A stretch of 64,000 bases of DNA from the human T2T-CHM13v2.0 reference genome, Homo sapiens, in assembly GCF_009914755.1 (NCBI RefSeq), contig NC_060926.1; one strand, written 5' to 3'. Under the pieces are notes generated by a model. It saw only the letters and a list, made by a program, of their open reading frames with translations. It was not told the origin of the DNA and did no database searches. This document shows positions 14,869 through 29,382 of this stretch, in pieces. Within the stretch, counting starts at the first letter, position 1; the number at the start of each line of letters is the position of its first letter. The position numbers and the translations under genes were made by a program.

Positions 14869-15263
14869 TCCTATTGTTTGAATGTGTCCCCTCTAAAATT
14901 CATGTGTTGAAACTTAATGGCCAGTGTGATAGTAATAGGAGGAATCTTTAAGAGGTGATTAGGTCATGAGGGCTCCTCCATGTGAACGGGAGGGATTAAG
15001 ACCATTAGAAAAGAGGCTTCATGCTACGTTTGACCCCCTTTTTGCCCTTTCACCTCTTTGTGAGGACACAGCGTTTCTCCCTCCAGAGAATGCAGCAACA
15101 AGGCACCATCCTGGAAGCAGAGAGCAGCCCCCACCAGACAATGACTCTGCCAGCACCTTGGTCTTGCACTCCCAGCATTCAGAACTATGAAACATAAATT
15201 TCTATTGTCTATAATCATCCAGTCTCAGGTATTTTGTTATAGCAGCAGGAATGAACTAAGACA
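14869..15263 (+). mobile_element. MSTD/MSTC-like MaLR solo LTR
   Basis: 'ctattgtttgaatgtgtcccctctaaaattcatgtgttgaaac...ttgttatagcagcaggaatgaactaagaca'. Confidence 0.8.
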
Positions 15264-18200
15264 TCATGCAGTTACCATTATTAACAAGGCAGGAGAGATG
15301 CTCTTGATGTGCGCTTTTTCTATAGGTTATTAAATGTTTATGCACTGGAAGTGAAATAGTCAGCTTGGCTTTGTGTGTGTGAAGCTAATGGAATGTGAGC
15401 AGCAGCCTGGAAATGAGAAAACCTGATTTTTCCTGCATCTGTTACTCCCTAGCTGTATAATTTTGAGCGGGACCCTCAGTTTCTCATCTGCAAAATGGGA
15501 ATAACATTACCTTCTTACATTTGTAGGATGATTAAATGAGAACAGAGCTCCCCAAAACACAAATGTAATCAGTTTTATTTCCTCATTACATATGTCAATT
15601 CCCTTCTTATGTGTCTTATAATAAATGACCACATTTTATTTCTGGATGTGACCGCAATCTTTCTCAGGACTTTGTGCACTTGTTGACTGTTGCAGGAATG
15701 GTTTAGAGGGACCAACTTTCTTCATGGGGGTTTCCTCCTCAGGCCTCAGTTGCCACCCCTCATTTCATATGCTGCTGGGTGAGTGACTCTGGTCTGCCCA
15801 ATACTATTGTGGGAATCTTGTTTCTGAGCATGGAGATTCTGAGTAGAGACTCTGAAGCAGTATGTTGTATGTAGAGTTAGGATGCATAAGCAGGATAAAT
15901 TTACTTCAGTAAAATACCTACTATCAGGATAAAGTGTTGGCTAACTTTATTAAATTAGATGTGGGCATTTTGCCTGGAGAAAAATTTCCCCTACTATTAC
16001 AAGCCAATCATCTATCAAGAGTAGGATCTTTCCCTACCCACCAAAACTGAGTTGAGTGTTTTCCTTTATAGGCAGATAGAAAAGTTACACCCAAACCCTC
16101 ACATAGGCTGAGGGTTCAACCTTTGGGCCCAGTGGTTCAAGCTTCTGCTTAGCCTGTCCCTTGTCAGGATGATACACAAATAAATGAATAACGGAAAAAT
16201 ATGTAAAAGAATAATGAAGAAGCTTCAAAGAGCCCCTTCCTATGAAATTGTAGGACAGCACTCCTGCCATCAGATTCCAACCCTGGAGCACAAAGCAGCT
16301 TAGACAGGCTCGCTACCCAAAGTCCTTCCTTCTTTGCTGTTGGGAGGAAGCTAAGAGCCAGCTGGAAGCATGCCCAACTCTGGGGCCACTTAGCTCCCTT
16401 TCTCCTCCCCTTGCCTTCTGACCCTGAATGCACAAAGGTGGAAGGAGGAAGCAGGAAAATTAGGCCGTTCCTAAGAGAAAGCATGAGCCTCTACCATGTT
16501 CTAGACTCCCCTCTTCTTGACATCAAGGAAACTTGATGCTAGAGGAGACACCAGGAGCTCCAATGCAGCTCTCCTTTGCCAAGGCTGCTCTCAACCTGTG
16601 CCTTTACTCTCGCAGCCCATCTGCCCCCTTGGCTATGTTCAGTGTTCTTCCCCGCACTCCCAAAATTTCATACACTTCCTCAAACACACAGTTCATCATA
16701 CTGTATTGTAATTGCTTGTCTGATGCCCCCTGCTAGGCCAGTTGCTTCCTAAGCAGAGGGCATGCCTGTCTCATTTACTATTGCAGGTGGATATAGTATT
16801 GGTTTATCTGTTGTTAACAAATCAATGAAGGAATGAATGTTATTGAGCTAGGTGTGAACTCTGATGGGACATGGAGATAGGAGTTGCTGTTTTGAATCAT
16901 TTAGAACTCCCATCCAGCTCTAAAATTCTGCAATTCCCTGTCATATAAAGTGAATAATATAATCCATGCTCTATAAGAATTTTAGATAATTCAGATGCCT
17001 GACCTTAAGGACTTAAAATGAGAATCTGTGATTTTTTTTGTCTGTTGCTATTTAGCAGCTAGATTGAACTGATTTGACTTGCTGATTAGATGGTCATTTT
17101 TTTTTTTCTGAGGCAATACAGGTTAATTGGCACAAACTCCAGGTGTTCCTATATGCAAATATAACACCAGGAACCATTGATTACATGGCAGCTCCACAGT
17201 GGAACTCTTATCACTGTTGAGAATCAAAGTTCCATTGTCAAATCCTGTGCCTGATCAACGTTTCACTCCCAGTTTTTATAAAAGGCATTCTACTTTTAAC
17301 TAACTTCTCTATGGCAAAATAGACAAGGATTCTTCTACACAATTGAGCCAAGAATGGCTTTCTACCATATGAAAGGGGTATTTGGTGGTGACTTTTGTGA
17401 GCACAAAATCCAAATTACCTTCGAAAAATAAGTAAAGCAGCCATCAGATCAGTCATTATGCTGAAAACCAAAAATCTGTGGCTCCTGGCATCTGTGTCAT
17501 CCATTTCCTGCTCCCCTGTGAGTACATGCACAGCCCTGGACCATTCCAGGAGGCACTGAAGCATGTATTTTGCAGAGCTCCAGGCAGCTCATCTTATGGC
17601 AAGTTATCTCCCATTGCAGCCCTAACCCAGAGATTTTGAGCACTGCTTGAGTGACTAAATTGGCCATAGATTTTTCCACACACCCCTAATATTATTACAG
17701 AGTTACGTTAGTTACATTATCATGTGGGCAGTCACTGGTGAGGAAGCTACAGCTACAGCCTGGCCAGACAATGTTGTGCCCACAGTATTTTGTGCCTTTC
17801 AAATAGGGGGAGAATAAAAGAATGAAAACTCGTCTTTGAGTCATTGGCACTCCAGTCGAAGCAAAACATGGCCCCACTGCTGCGTAATACATTATGCATC
17901 ATCAAACTGCTGTTGCAGCTTCAGCAGTATGTTGGCTGCCCCGCACCCTTTCATGAACGTTTGGAAGCTGAATCCAGCATGGAGTTTGAATGTGACTGTT
18001 CTGGAAGAGAGACAATGCTGAATGGGAAGCAGAAATGCCAATGTGCTGTAAGGGGCTATCTCTCCTGCACAGTTATAGAAGAGAAATGTGCACATTCCGC
18101 CCTTCCAATTGCTATGGGTCATAGAAGACTGGGGAGGTTTTTTGTTGTTGTTGTGGTTTGGTTGGTTTTTTTTAGCACAGGACAGGAGAGAATGCAAAGG

Positions 18201-19479
18201 GCACCAGGTTTGATGAAAGGAATCTGGGTCATTAAGGTTATGCATCTTCCTTTGGGAAATATTTGTAGAGGTTGCAAATATCATTCTGGCTTCTATTCCT
18301 CTGTAGGTAATTTATGGGCCAGCTATCTTAAACACTTGCCTATTAAATAATATAAGATCTTTCAAGGAACTTTAATGACACTTTACAGAAATGGGTTGAT
18401 CAGAAATTATTTTTACTTGAAAAAAAAGTAGAAAATAGAGAACAGAAACAATTTGGGGCTTGTGACATCCGATATCATGTTTTGAATAACATGACAACAG
18501 GATATTATCAAAATGTTGTTATCCCTATGTTAACCACTTCCAAAGAAACCTTTATTGTGATGACTCTGGCCTCTGAAGAATGACTCATTTCTTAGTCAAT
18601 GAGGGGCACCATGGCCTAATCCTTAGAGTCAGATGCATAGCTGACAATTACTTCTACACAACAGCATTCATTCAGTAATCAAGCAGGGCATTTATAAAGC
18701 ACTGTAGAGTGATAAGTTCAGAGACATGAAAAGTTTGAGTTGATATGATAGCTTTATGTTTTTCTTAGCATATTTCTGATGTTTTATGCCTCAACTTGTA
18801 ACCTATTTTGAAATATTAACATTACACTAAGTATTTTGCAAAATACAGACAAGGTAGTGATCCCTACACTATAGTTACATACTTCAATGAACAAAACCTA
18901 AGTGCTTCAGTAAAACTCAGTGGTAGGATAACAGTGAGTAGCTTTTATGAAATGAACAGGGGATTATGTCAACTAAAGTTCCCTAGTCATATCATTAATT
19001 CCTTTGTCTTATTACTTTCAGTAGATGGATGATTTACATCCTCAGAGAAACTGTGAATAAAAGGAAATAGTAAATAAACAAAGGGAGAAATGGCAAAATG
19101 ATTATTAGCTTCACAAATGACAAAATATTCTTACTGTATAATCCTGTATGTTATCTTTGTGGCATGCAAAATTATCATTAACAAATAGTGGGATGAGTTA
19201 TTTATTGCATGTCTCATACACTAGACTCTACAGTCAACCAGAACAAGGATTTTTCTCTGCCTTGTTCACTCCAGTTCCTTTAGTGTTTTACACATAACCA
19301 GTGTTGACCCACATTGTGTCCATTATCTCATGATCTGCCATCTGCTAGCATGCTATACTTGGTACCACTTACTACTGTTGTGGGTAGACCTCTCTCTGGG
19401 CAGTCAAATATCTTTGTGAATTCTACTTATATGAATGGGAAAGTTCAGAAATATATATGACTCATCTCTCTCCCCTTAT

Positions 19480-19913
19480 TTCCTCATATTTCATTTCTAA
19501 GGTGGCAGAGTCTCAAAATAAGTGTAAAAATAAATATCTTTACTCTTCTTCATTTCCTGAACCCTTGCAGTTAGGTAGAGCCATGTGACTAGTTTTGGTT
19601 GGCAACATTTTATAGAAATAATATATTTTTTTGTAGTGAGGGAGTGAAAAGCCACCTACAATTGCCAGTCTTTCTTTCTCTGCCAGAGTAACGAAGGAAG
19701 TCATGTGTTCCAGATGGTATAGTCACAAGATGGTGGAGCCTTCATCAGCCTGAGTTCCTGAGTGACTGTGTGGAGTAGAACTATCTGACAAACCACATGA
19801 ATCATGTCACGTAAACCAAAGCAAACTTCTCGTTGCCATTGCTGTTGCATAAAGCCACAGAAATGTTGAGCTTATTTATTACCTCAGTATAATCTAACCT
19901 CTTTTGACTAACA
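19480..19913 (+). mobile_element. MLT1J-like LTR
   Basis: 'ccttgcagttaggtagagccatgtgactag', 'gatggtggagccttcatcagcctgagttcctgagtgactgtgtggag', terminal 'tgactaaca'. Confidence 0.65.
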
Positions 19914-20265
19914 TGGGCACCAAACTTTATTGATTCTTCTTTCTCAAACTGACGTTAGTCCCTTGCCGTTTCATTTCTTTACAAGGGGCCATGATGTCCT
20001 AGATGATTTCTGGCCATCAGTCTCTCCTGTTCTATTCTAATTCATTCTGTTCATGCTGCTGGGAGAATCCTTTCTGTCTAAAGATTTAATCAGGTTAGTC
20101 TTCATTTCAAAAACTTTTAGTGATTCCCATTTGACTTGCAAGCTATCAGTATCAACTCCTCATGTAAGCATGTGAGTTCTTTCAGTATTTGGCTCCAATT
20201 ATAGATTCAGCCTCATCCCTTTCTTCCAGTCCATATGATCCATATGCTCTAGGAAACCAGTCCAT

Positions 20266-21200
20266 TCATTCATTCAAAAAATAATCTATTTTCCAGTTTT
20301 TCTTTAGGGTATTAGAGACACAGTAGTAAGCAGAACTCACCAGGTGGGTGGATTTCAAGGAGCTTATATTCAGGAGCAGCAATGTCCAACAGAACTTTCT
20401 GAGATTATAAGTGTTTTCTATCTTCACTGTCTGATATCACCACCAAATATGTGACTCTCGAGTGCATGAAATGTGGCTACTATGACTGATGATAGAAATG
20501 TTTAACTTTATTTAATTTTAATTATTTTAAGTATAATTAAGACAACAGATATGAAATAGCACCAGACAATAAGCACCAGAGTCTGGTGCATGAGGAAGAC
20601 AGAATGGTAGTGTTGCTGAGCATAGCGTGCAGGCGGGAGAGTTATCAAATGAAAGCTCAAGTTCCAGGGCTTTGTATGCCATGATAAGGGATATGCACTC
20701 CTCATTCTACTGACTGTTCCCTCAATAATCCTTCATAATTATGAGCAGCCATTTTTGGCCAGTGTTTACTGTATTGGGCAGTATAGTTTTACAGGTAGGA
20801 AACAAATATTCAGAATAAAAAAAAAGAGGGCAAAGTATCAGATTATGATAAGTACTATTAATAGAATTTAATGCGTTGTAGAAAATAGGTTGAAATGTGA
20901 ATGCCATTGCAGGGTGGCTATTTTGCAAGGTTGGGTCAGAGAAGGCCCCTCTAGAGGGCTCATAATATAAATGACAAGAAAAGCAAGTACGGAAAACATC
21001 AGAGAAGAGTATATTTGACAGAGGGCACAGCCAGTGCAAAAGTAGACCTGAGTCTGGTGCATGAGGAAGACAGAATGGCAGCATTGCAGAGCAGAATGTG
21101 CAGGCAAGAGGGTTACCAAGTAAGACCTAAAGTTCCAGGGCTATATATGTGGTGGTAAGGGATGTACACTCCTCATTCTACTGACTGTTTCTCAGCAATC
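20266..21200 (-). mobile_element. L2 LINE fragment, host of MER3
   Basis: Begins 'ttcattcattca' and continues 'aggagcttatattc', 'gtcagagaaggcccctct', 'cagagggcacagccagtgcaaa'. Confidence 0.7.
20378..20786 (+). mobile_element. MER3 hAT MITE split by a ~200-bp templated insertion (20541-20740)
   Basis: 5' part 'cagcaatgtccaacagaactttctg...ttatttaattttaatt' at 20378-20540; 3' end 'agccatttttggccagtgtttactgtattgggcagtatag' at 20745-20786. Confidence 0.7.
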
Positions 21201-21210
21201 CTTGATAATT
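20579..21210 (+). repeat. Local direct duplication, 20579-20740 vs 21050-21210
   Basis: Manual alignment gives about 29 differences in 162 nt (~82% identity). Confidence 0.9.
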
Positions 21211-22195
21211 CTTGACTCTAAGCCTTTGCAAACAATGTTTTCTCCCCATTCTTTTCTCTCCTTCTATTCCCAAAGTATTTATACTTGAAGATTGTTTTCT
21301 TCTTGCATGAAACTTCTCATGTAAGACAACGCAAAATGTTGTTTCTTATCAGATTTGTACCTCTTATTTGCTGGGACATGATGCAGTAAATTTTAGTCTG
21401 CTGTGACTTTTCATATCTATTGTTATTTTATTTAATTTAGTTTTTTAAATTTTTGTTTTGGTTCTATAAATGTATGAATCATCTCCCTATGCAAATGCAA
21501 GCACCTTGAGACTGGAACCCATGCTTTGAATTAATTCTCCAAAATATCTCATAAGGTTATGTTATATAATAGGTATGGGGTAAGTTTTATTGATTATCTG
21601 TAATTTGTTAAAGGTAGAACATATATATGTTTTATATCAACTATTATTTTATACTGTATTAACTGAAGCACACATTTATTTTATTTAGTCTTAGAAGTGA
21701 GCTAGACTTTGAGCTCCTCTGAGAAACTGAGCAACATAATGGGAGGAGCTACAATTCATTTTAAATCCTCAGCACCTAGCACAAAAAACTCAATAATATA
21801 TGTGGAATAATATAATAAAGTCATTATGTCTTGAAAATGCATTATGTAAAACCCGTACAAACTTTGGCACACAAATCATCAAATGGAAATGGAGATATGG
21901 CTTCATTGATACGCAGTCATGATGCCACCTAGGACAAGGGCATTAGCATATTGTAGAAACTCTTCAGGGTACCCTGTGCCTCTCCACTCATACAAGATGC
22001 TGTGCTTTCTCGTTACTAAGAAAGCAGGAAGGATTTGGAATCCTAGGACTTTCTAGTTCACCAAGTCGACATGGTTCCATTGCAGACTAGGCAATTTCAT
22101 ACAAGGCTTAGTGCAAAAACTTACTAAATGTATTTTTTGAATACGTAATAGTGTCTTTCATCTGTGAAAATTTTTAAATAAAAAATATATATATT

Positions 22196-22481
22196 TTAGA
22201 GAGACAAGGTCTCACTCTTGCCCAGGCTGGAGTACATTGGCACAATCATAGCTCACTGTAACCTTGAACTCCTGGGCACAAGCCATCCTCCCACCTCAGC
22301 CTCCCAAGTAGCTAAAATTACAGGCACCTGCTACCACACTCAGCTATTTATTTTACTTTATTGTAAAGATGAGATCTCACTATGTTGCCCAGATAGGTCT
22401 CAAACTTCTGGCCTCAAGTGATCCTCCTGCCTCAGCCTCCCAAAGCACTGGGAAAACAGATGTGAACCACCATGTCCAGCC
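22196..22481 (-). mobile_element. AluJ
   Basis: 'gagacaaggtctcactcttgcccaggctggag...ccaccatgtccagcc'. Confidence 0.9.
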
Positions 22482-24649
22482 AGAAATTTGAGGCTAGAAG
22501 AGGGAAATTCATGACAGGATGAGAAGAAAAAAAGAATATTAGATTTAAAATAAAAAAATGTCTAGCTAGTAAGCAGCAAAATATCCCATAATATAGATGG
22601 CAAATATTAACTGGAGGAGTGAGAACGAATTCTGACCACTTGACCATAGTTCTGTTACTCATATTGTAATTCAATTTGATAAAAGGGTATAAGGAAGAAT
22701 CTGAGGTGTAGACAGTGGCAGCTGGTGACTTGGTAACCTCAACCCCCACCTTCCCAGTCCTTATTCTCCCCTCAGTGATTCTGTCCCCAACAGTAGCTCT
22801 CCCTTCCCAGCACTGCCTCATCAGCCCATTTCCAATCCCTGCTTCTACTCATTTCTCCCCTCTGCTTCTCTGTCTAAAGAAAACAGGTTGCACTGGGAAT
22901 CACAGGAGCTGCATTCTTCTTTAGAGCTTCCACCACCATTGTCAGTGTTGATCTGGCCACCACCCAAACTCTCCATTTCTCAGTTTCTCAAATCATGAGA
23001 TGGAGGAGATAGTCCTAGCTTTTCACACACAATGCTGTGATATAGGCTACAAATAAAGCCCAGTTGGCATGTTGTAAACTACTCTACTGGTCTGAATTAT
23101 AGTAATGTCTCCTAAAGTATGTTCTCTCATTGGTGGTTCTATCAGTGTTCACAAGCGTGATCAAAACTGGAAGATTCCACAATGAAATGGAATGAACAAT
23201 AGCAGGATGGACAATGGTGGAAAGGGTTCTCGATGGTAGAGCGCCTTACTGCCTGGATGCTGATATAAGCTGCAAGGCTCCAAGAAGGAGGTACAGGAGG
23301 CAGTACTCTCCATGCTTGTTGAGCAAGCAAAACTTGTCACTTTGCTGAGCGTGTCATGTCCCTGGGATCTTGAGATCCTTTAGATCATGTTTTCGAGGAG
23401 TGAACTGCTTAGAATAGAGACTGTGGACACCTGTAAAGTCCTTTCCATCTATATAATGTGATGGAGTTGAAGCCCAGATCATTGGTGAATGAGAGGTTTT
23501 CAGGGCCATCTGTGGGCAGGACGCTGGCCCTGCCCTAGTTATAGTGGTGCTTGCCTCTCCAAAAAGAGGAATGTGAGCTCCAGGGTACACATCGTCATTG
23601 GCAAAATAGCTTTCACTCTCATTCTGCCCTCCTCAGTGAATCAATCCACCTCCCCAGCCAGTTCTCCTGCTCCAGGTAGAACAGTTGAGCTTCCCTGTTT
23701 GATTTAATAGATAGTTAAAAATCAACTCTAAATATAGTGGAGTGTAACTGCGTAATGATATGTTTATGTTCAGTGAGGGGGAAAAAAGGAAGTGAAAAGA
23801 GCAACAGTTAACAGTGTCACCTCCTGTTGAGCCCAAACTGTGAGATGCAGAAATTTGATACAGGATGAATAAAATTAAATCGTTGGTCCTTTTCAGCAAA
23901 CTTGTTTCTCCAGACCTTAGCTGTTCAGCTTGGAAGTTCGAGATATCAATTACCTGTGTTCCTAAAGAGAGAATAGAAAACTGGATACCAAAAGACTTGC
24001 CCCTGGAGCCCCACTCCACCCTATACCGTACCCAATAATATGCCCTTCAAATGGGGTGACCTACAGGAACTCAAGTTCGAGCGAAGCAAGTCTCCAAACT
24101 TCAGTTCATTGCCTTGGCCAGTCACTTACATGCTGATGATTGCAGGTATTTTAGATGTACCGTAGGACCCTTGGAGTTGTCATAACTAGGGTTCAAAAGG
24201 CACGTGGAAGCCTCCCAGTGGGGAAAACCCCCCGAGATGACTTTGGGGTTTTAAATCTGTGTCTCTTTCATCAGTCTGTAAGGACAGAAAAAAAAGCCTG
24301 TTGTGCTTAAAACATCATACTGTTTTTCCTCCAACAAAATCCATTTTCCTAGAGATGCAGAGGAATGCAAGGCTCTGCTGATGGTCTCAATCTATTCTGT
24401 TAGCTTCATCTTCTGCTCCCTCCAGACGTTGCACTCCAGCCTCATCAAGCACAATCTGCTTGTTCATCTCTAGCTGCTCTGCGCTGTGGTCTCTAATTCT
24501 GTCTCCTGTGCTCGTTCCTTCTCATTTCCGGTAGGAGAGCCCAGAATTTCACTTTTGTATCTCTTCACATTTTTATCAACATCACTACCTTGGGGATCTC
24601 CTCAAACGCTGCAGCATTAAACCCTATATGCAATGCCTCCCAAGCTTAT

Positions 24650-26200
24650 CAGCAGACCCCACCCCATCCCCCGACTACTGAATTCCATTCACATCGTCGA
24701 CTTCCTACTGGAAGTTTCTCTTGGGCATGTAATAAGCTTCTCAAACTTGATGTGTACAAAGCTGAACTCCCAATTGTCCTTCCCAACTACTCCTCTCTTC
24801 TTTCTTCATCTCAGTAAATGGCAACTCTGTCTTTCTAGTTCTGCAGGCCTCAAACTTGAACGTTGTCCTAGAGTCCTCTCTCCATCACACTCATTCTCAT
24901 ATTTGAATCCATTATATTCCAATTATGCCTAGAATCCAATAACTTTCATCATCCCACTGATCCTACTCTTATGGAAACCACTCTCATCTCTCACTTGGAT
25001 ATCCCCTGTGTTAGAATGATTACAAAAATGACCACAATCTTAAACTCTCTCTGTAACCATCAACTATGCAATGTTTCTTTGCGTTTGTTCGAATTAAGAG
25101 GTAAATTGTACCCCGCGACACACATGCGGACCCAAACCATGACTGCACCTTGTTTAAAATGTAGATAATTGCCAATTCTGAGCCTAAGCTTTACTCCACT
25201 TTTTTCGTTTTGGAAATCCTGCCATTGCATGTGGATAAGCCCAGCTTAGCCTGCTGGAGGAGAACCCAGTTATCCCAGTGGAGACCATTCTAGACCAGCC
25301 TATGCCTAATAAACCAGCAAACATGTGAGAACCACTCCCAAGATTAGCAGAGGTGCTCACCAGACCTACAGCTAACAGTAGACCCCTGTGTGAGCACAAC
25401 TGAGCAAGAACTATGCCATTGATTTGTACAGTAATAGTGAATGCATATTGACTTGTCCAGTAATAGTGAATGCTTATTGTTTTATGCCAGTGAGTTTTTG
25501 GGTGGTTTGTTATGCAGCAATAACTAGCCAATAAACCCACTACCTCCTACCCAAAGTGATCTTCCTGCTTCTGCCCTTTCTTGCCTAATGACCAGATTAA
25601 TTTCATTAAAATGTTATATCATTCTATTTGTTGCTTCAAAATCCTGAAATGCCTCCTCTTCTTATGTAGAATGAAAGTCAAAGTTGTTAAAATGACCCAT
25701 AAGGCTAATCTGATCTACACCCACCAACCTGCTACCTCTCCAATACTGTCACTTTCCCCCATCTGTGTTTCTGCTGTATGCATTCCAACCACATTGGCCT
25801 TCCTGCTATTCCTCAGATACTACAGGCATTCTACCTTCTTAAAGCTTTGACATTCACTATTCCCTCTGCCTGAATCGTACTTCCTGTGGAATATGATGAC
25901 TCACACCCCACCCACTTCTTCAGCTTCCTAGCAAGGCCTCCCGTGGGCACCGTATCTAAAATGAAATTCAAGTACTCCTTCCTACTCTAACATCTTCTGT
26001 CTTCCTCCCCTGCTCCATATTCCTCCTTAGTACTTTCACTCTCCTACCAAATATAGATTTTCCTTTTTCTCTTTCCTGGTACATTTCTATAAACTCCAGT
26101 CAGGCAGCAATTTTGTCTGTTTCATGCCTTGCTGCATCCTAAAACAATGCCTGCCATATAACAGGAACTCTACAAATATTTGCTAAGTGAATGAATGAAC
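24650..26200 (+). mobile_element. L2 LINE fragment interrupted by an MLT1 LTR
   Basis: 'tctcaaacttgatgtgtacaaagctgaactcc', 'catctcagtaaatggcaactc' and a 3' tail 'gtgaatgaatgaa' at ~26200. Confidence 0.75.
25007..25535 (+). mobile_element. MLT1F/G-like LTR
   Basis: 'ttacaaaaatgaccacaa...gaccattctagaccagcc...gtgagtttttgggtggtttgttatgcagcaataactagcc'. Confidence 0.65.
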
Positions 26201-26309
26201 AAGTGTATGAAGTTAGATCCTTAAGACTCAAATGCTGTCCCCTCTCTGCCTGGCTCTTGATTCTGCACTCTCCCATATGTTATTGACTTGTAGCCATCTC
26301 TTTAAACTT

Positions 26310-26674
26310 CGTATTAGTCCGTTTTCATGCTGCTGATAAAGACATACCCGGGACTAGGAAATTTACAAAGGAAAGAGGTATGATGCAAAACTCATAGTTC
26401 TACATGGCTTGGGAAGGCAATCATGATGGAAGGCAAGGGGGAGCAAGTCACATCGTAAATGGTTGGTGGCAGGCAAAGAGAGAGCTTGTGTAGGCAAACT
26501 CTCGTTTTGAAAGCCATCAGATATCATGAGGTTTATTCACCATCACAAGAACAGCACAGGAAAGACCCATCCCCATGTTTCAATTATCTCCCACCAGGTT
26601 CCTCCCACAACACATGGGAATTACAGGAGCTACAAGATGATATTTGGGTGGGGACACAGAGCCAAACCATATCA
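26310..26674 (-). mobile_element. THE1B solo LTR
   Basis: THE1B-type sequence with perfect 5-bp TSD AACTT at 26305-26309 and 26675-26679. Confidence 0.9.
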
Positions 26675-28479
26675 AACTTACACTAATTTTACTAGAGCCA
26701 TATTCCCATCTCTGCAGCAGTTGGCAGTGAGTACTTAATTTTCTTCTAATACATAATACATTGTATTTGAATTATATGTAAATCTAAGTTCAAATTCTAC
26801 CTATTCTTCAAAAAAAAAAAATTAAAAAAATCTCCGCCTGGTTCTTTCGATCCTCTCCTCTAAGTCTTTAAAATGTTTGAAGCCTATTTAAAACAAGGTC
26901 TTACCTAATTTTTCTCTACCGGTTGCCTTTAATTGTGCTAGAGTTGTTTCATCAATTAGAAACTAAGCTCTTAGAGTTTTTCCCTATCCCCCAAGGTGTC
27001 TTAAACAGTCCTGACTGGTATAAATCTCTTTTACGTCCTGCATCAAAAGATATAGGGATAGGTAAGAGTAGTGAAAGGAAACAATGAATAACAAGAAAGA
27101 TAAACATGGCCTCAAGGACTCATTCCTGTATTTTTATCCAGAATTTTGCTGAAATATAAAAGATATGTTAATCAGACACATAAATATTAAAGAGCAAATG
27201 TACTGAAGTTCAGAGAGTTCAGTAGATTGAATTATGAGGCAAACCTAGGGATAAAATCTAACAAGGACAAATATGAAAGCCAGCATTGAAGACCCAGCAA
27301 TCAATAGTACAGGCATACAGATCAGGGGAAACCAGAGCTGTTAGCTCCATGAAGGGAAAAAAAAAAAGGTCCCTGGCTTTAGGGATTTCAAGATCAGAAG
27401 TATCTCCAGTATGAAATAACGATTACAGAAAAAGCAGTAAACAACATTAGGGAGCAACATGGACCAGAACAAAAGATAAAATAATTCTGTGCCAGTCAAA
27501 GCACATCTGGAGCCTTCTGTTTAATGATGGGTGTCACATTTTACGATGCTGAAAAGCTGGAGCTCACTGAGAGGAAGGGGGAGAGCTGAGAGGTGGCTTG
27601 AGAACTGGTCCACTGGTGGCTTGGTTAGATAATTTGGGACTGTGTTGTCTGGAGAAGAGATGTGAAAGCAATTTTTTAAATACCTAAAAATCAAGAAGAC
27701 ATAATCTGGGCAGTTATCAGGGAAAGAATCAGAACCCAACAGAAGGTAGAAGAGCCCACTGCCCTGTCTGTTGTGGAAGAAGGTGCTGCCAACAGGCCAG
27801 ACTTGTGAATTGGACAGCCTCCTGAAAACACGAGCCCCCTTCCAGAGTCAGTGTAAATTCAGAGGGGACTGACCCTGTCCTGAAGAGTTGTAGTAGGGAT
27901 TTCTGGAGTGTAGTAGAGGCTGAGTGAGGTGAACCCTCGGGGGCTGACAGCATTGGAATACTACAATTCTGGGTATTTTTGTGGGACTGTTTAGAACAGG
28001 CCAAGTTGATGATTGGCCCATGGCTTGTGAAAGCTTGGGCTGGAGTGTAGGTAAAGGGTCCAATCCCAATTAGATACACCAAAAAGGGACCAGAGGTGAA
28101 CTGTGTGTGGGTCTGTGATTCTGATTCTGGTCAAAACTGATCAATGTGATTCTCAACTTTCTCACATGTAAAATAGAAATGGGGGAGGGTGGGGATGTCT
28201 TCCTTCTCTTCATGGAGTTGCTGGAAATCCCAAGTAAGCTCACATGTGTATATGAGCCTTCATAGAGTAGACATTATACCCAGAGACTAAGTTTCACATA
28301 TGTATGTAAGGATTACTGTATTTCTAATTGCGTTAGAGTTTTAAACAGGTATTCCAGAAAATAAGAAGACAGATCTGAATTTCAAAAAGGACCTTTGCAA
28401 GACCTCTAGTGACATTTTGGTCTAAATACAGGGATACATCTGGGTGATGGTAAACCCAGACGGATTTATCACTGGATGA

Positions 28480-29380
<901 letters not shown>

Positions 29381-29382
29381 TC

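Noticed and set aside
17844-18350. 168-aa ORF in unique DNA
   Set aside because: Starts at a non-ATG codon, runs through a (GTT)n low-complexity patch and has no recognisable domain or exon structure.
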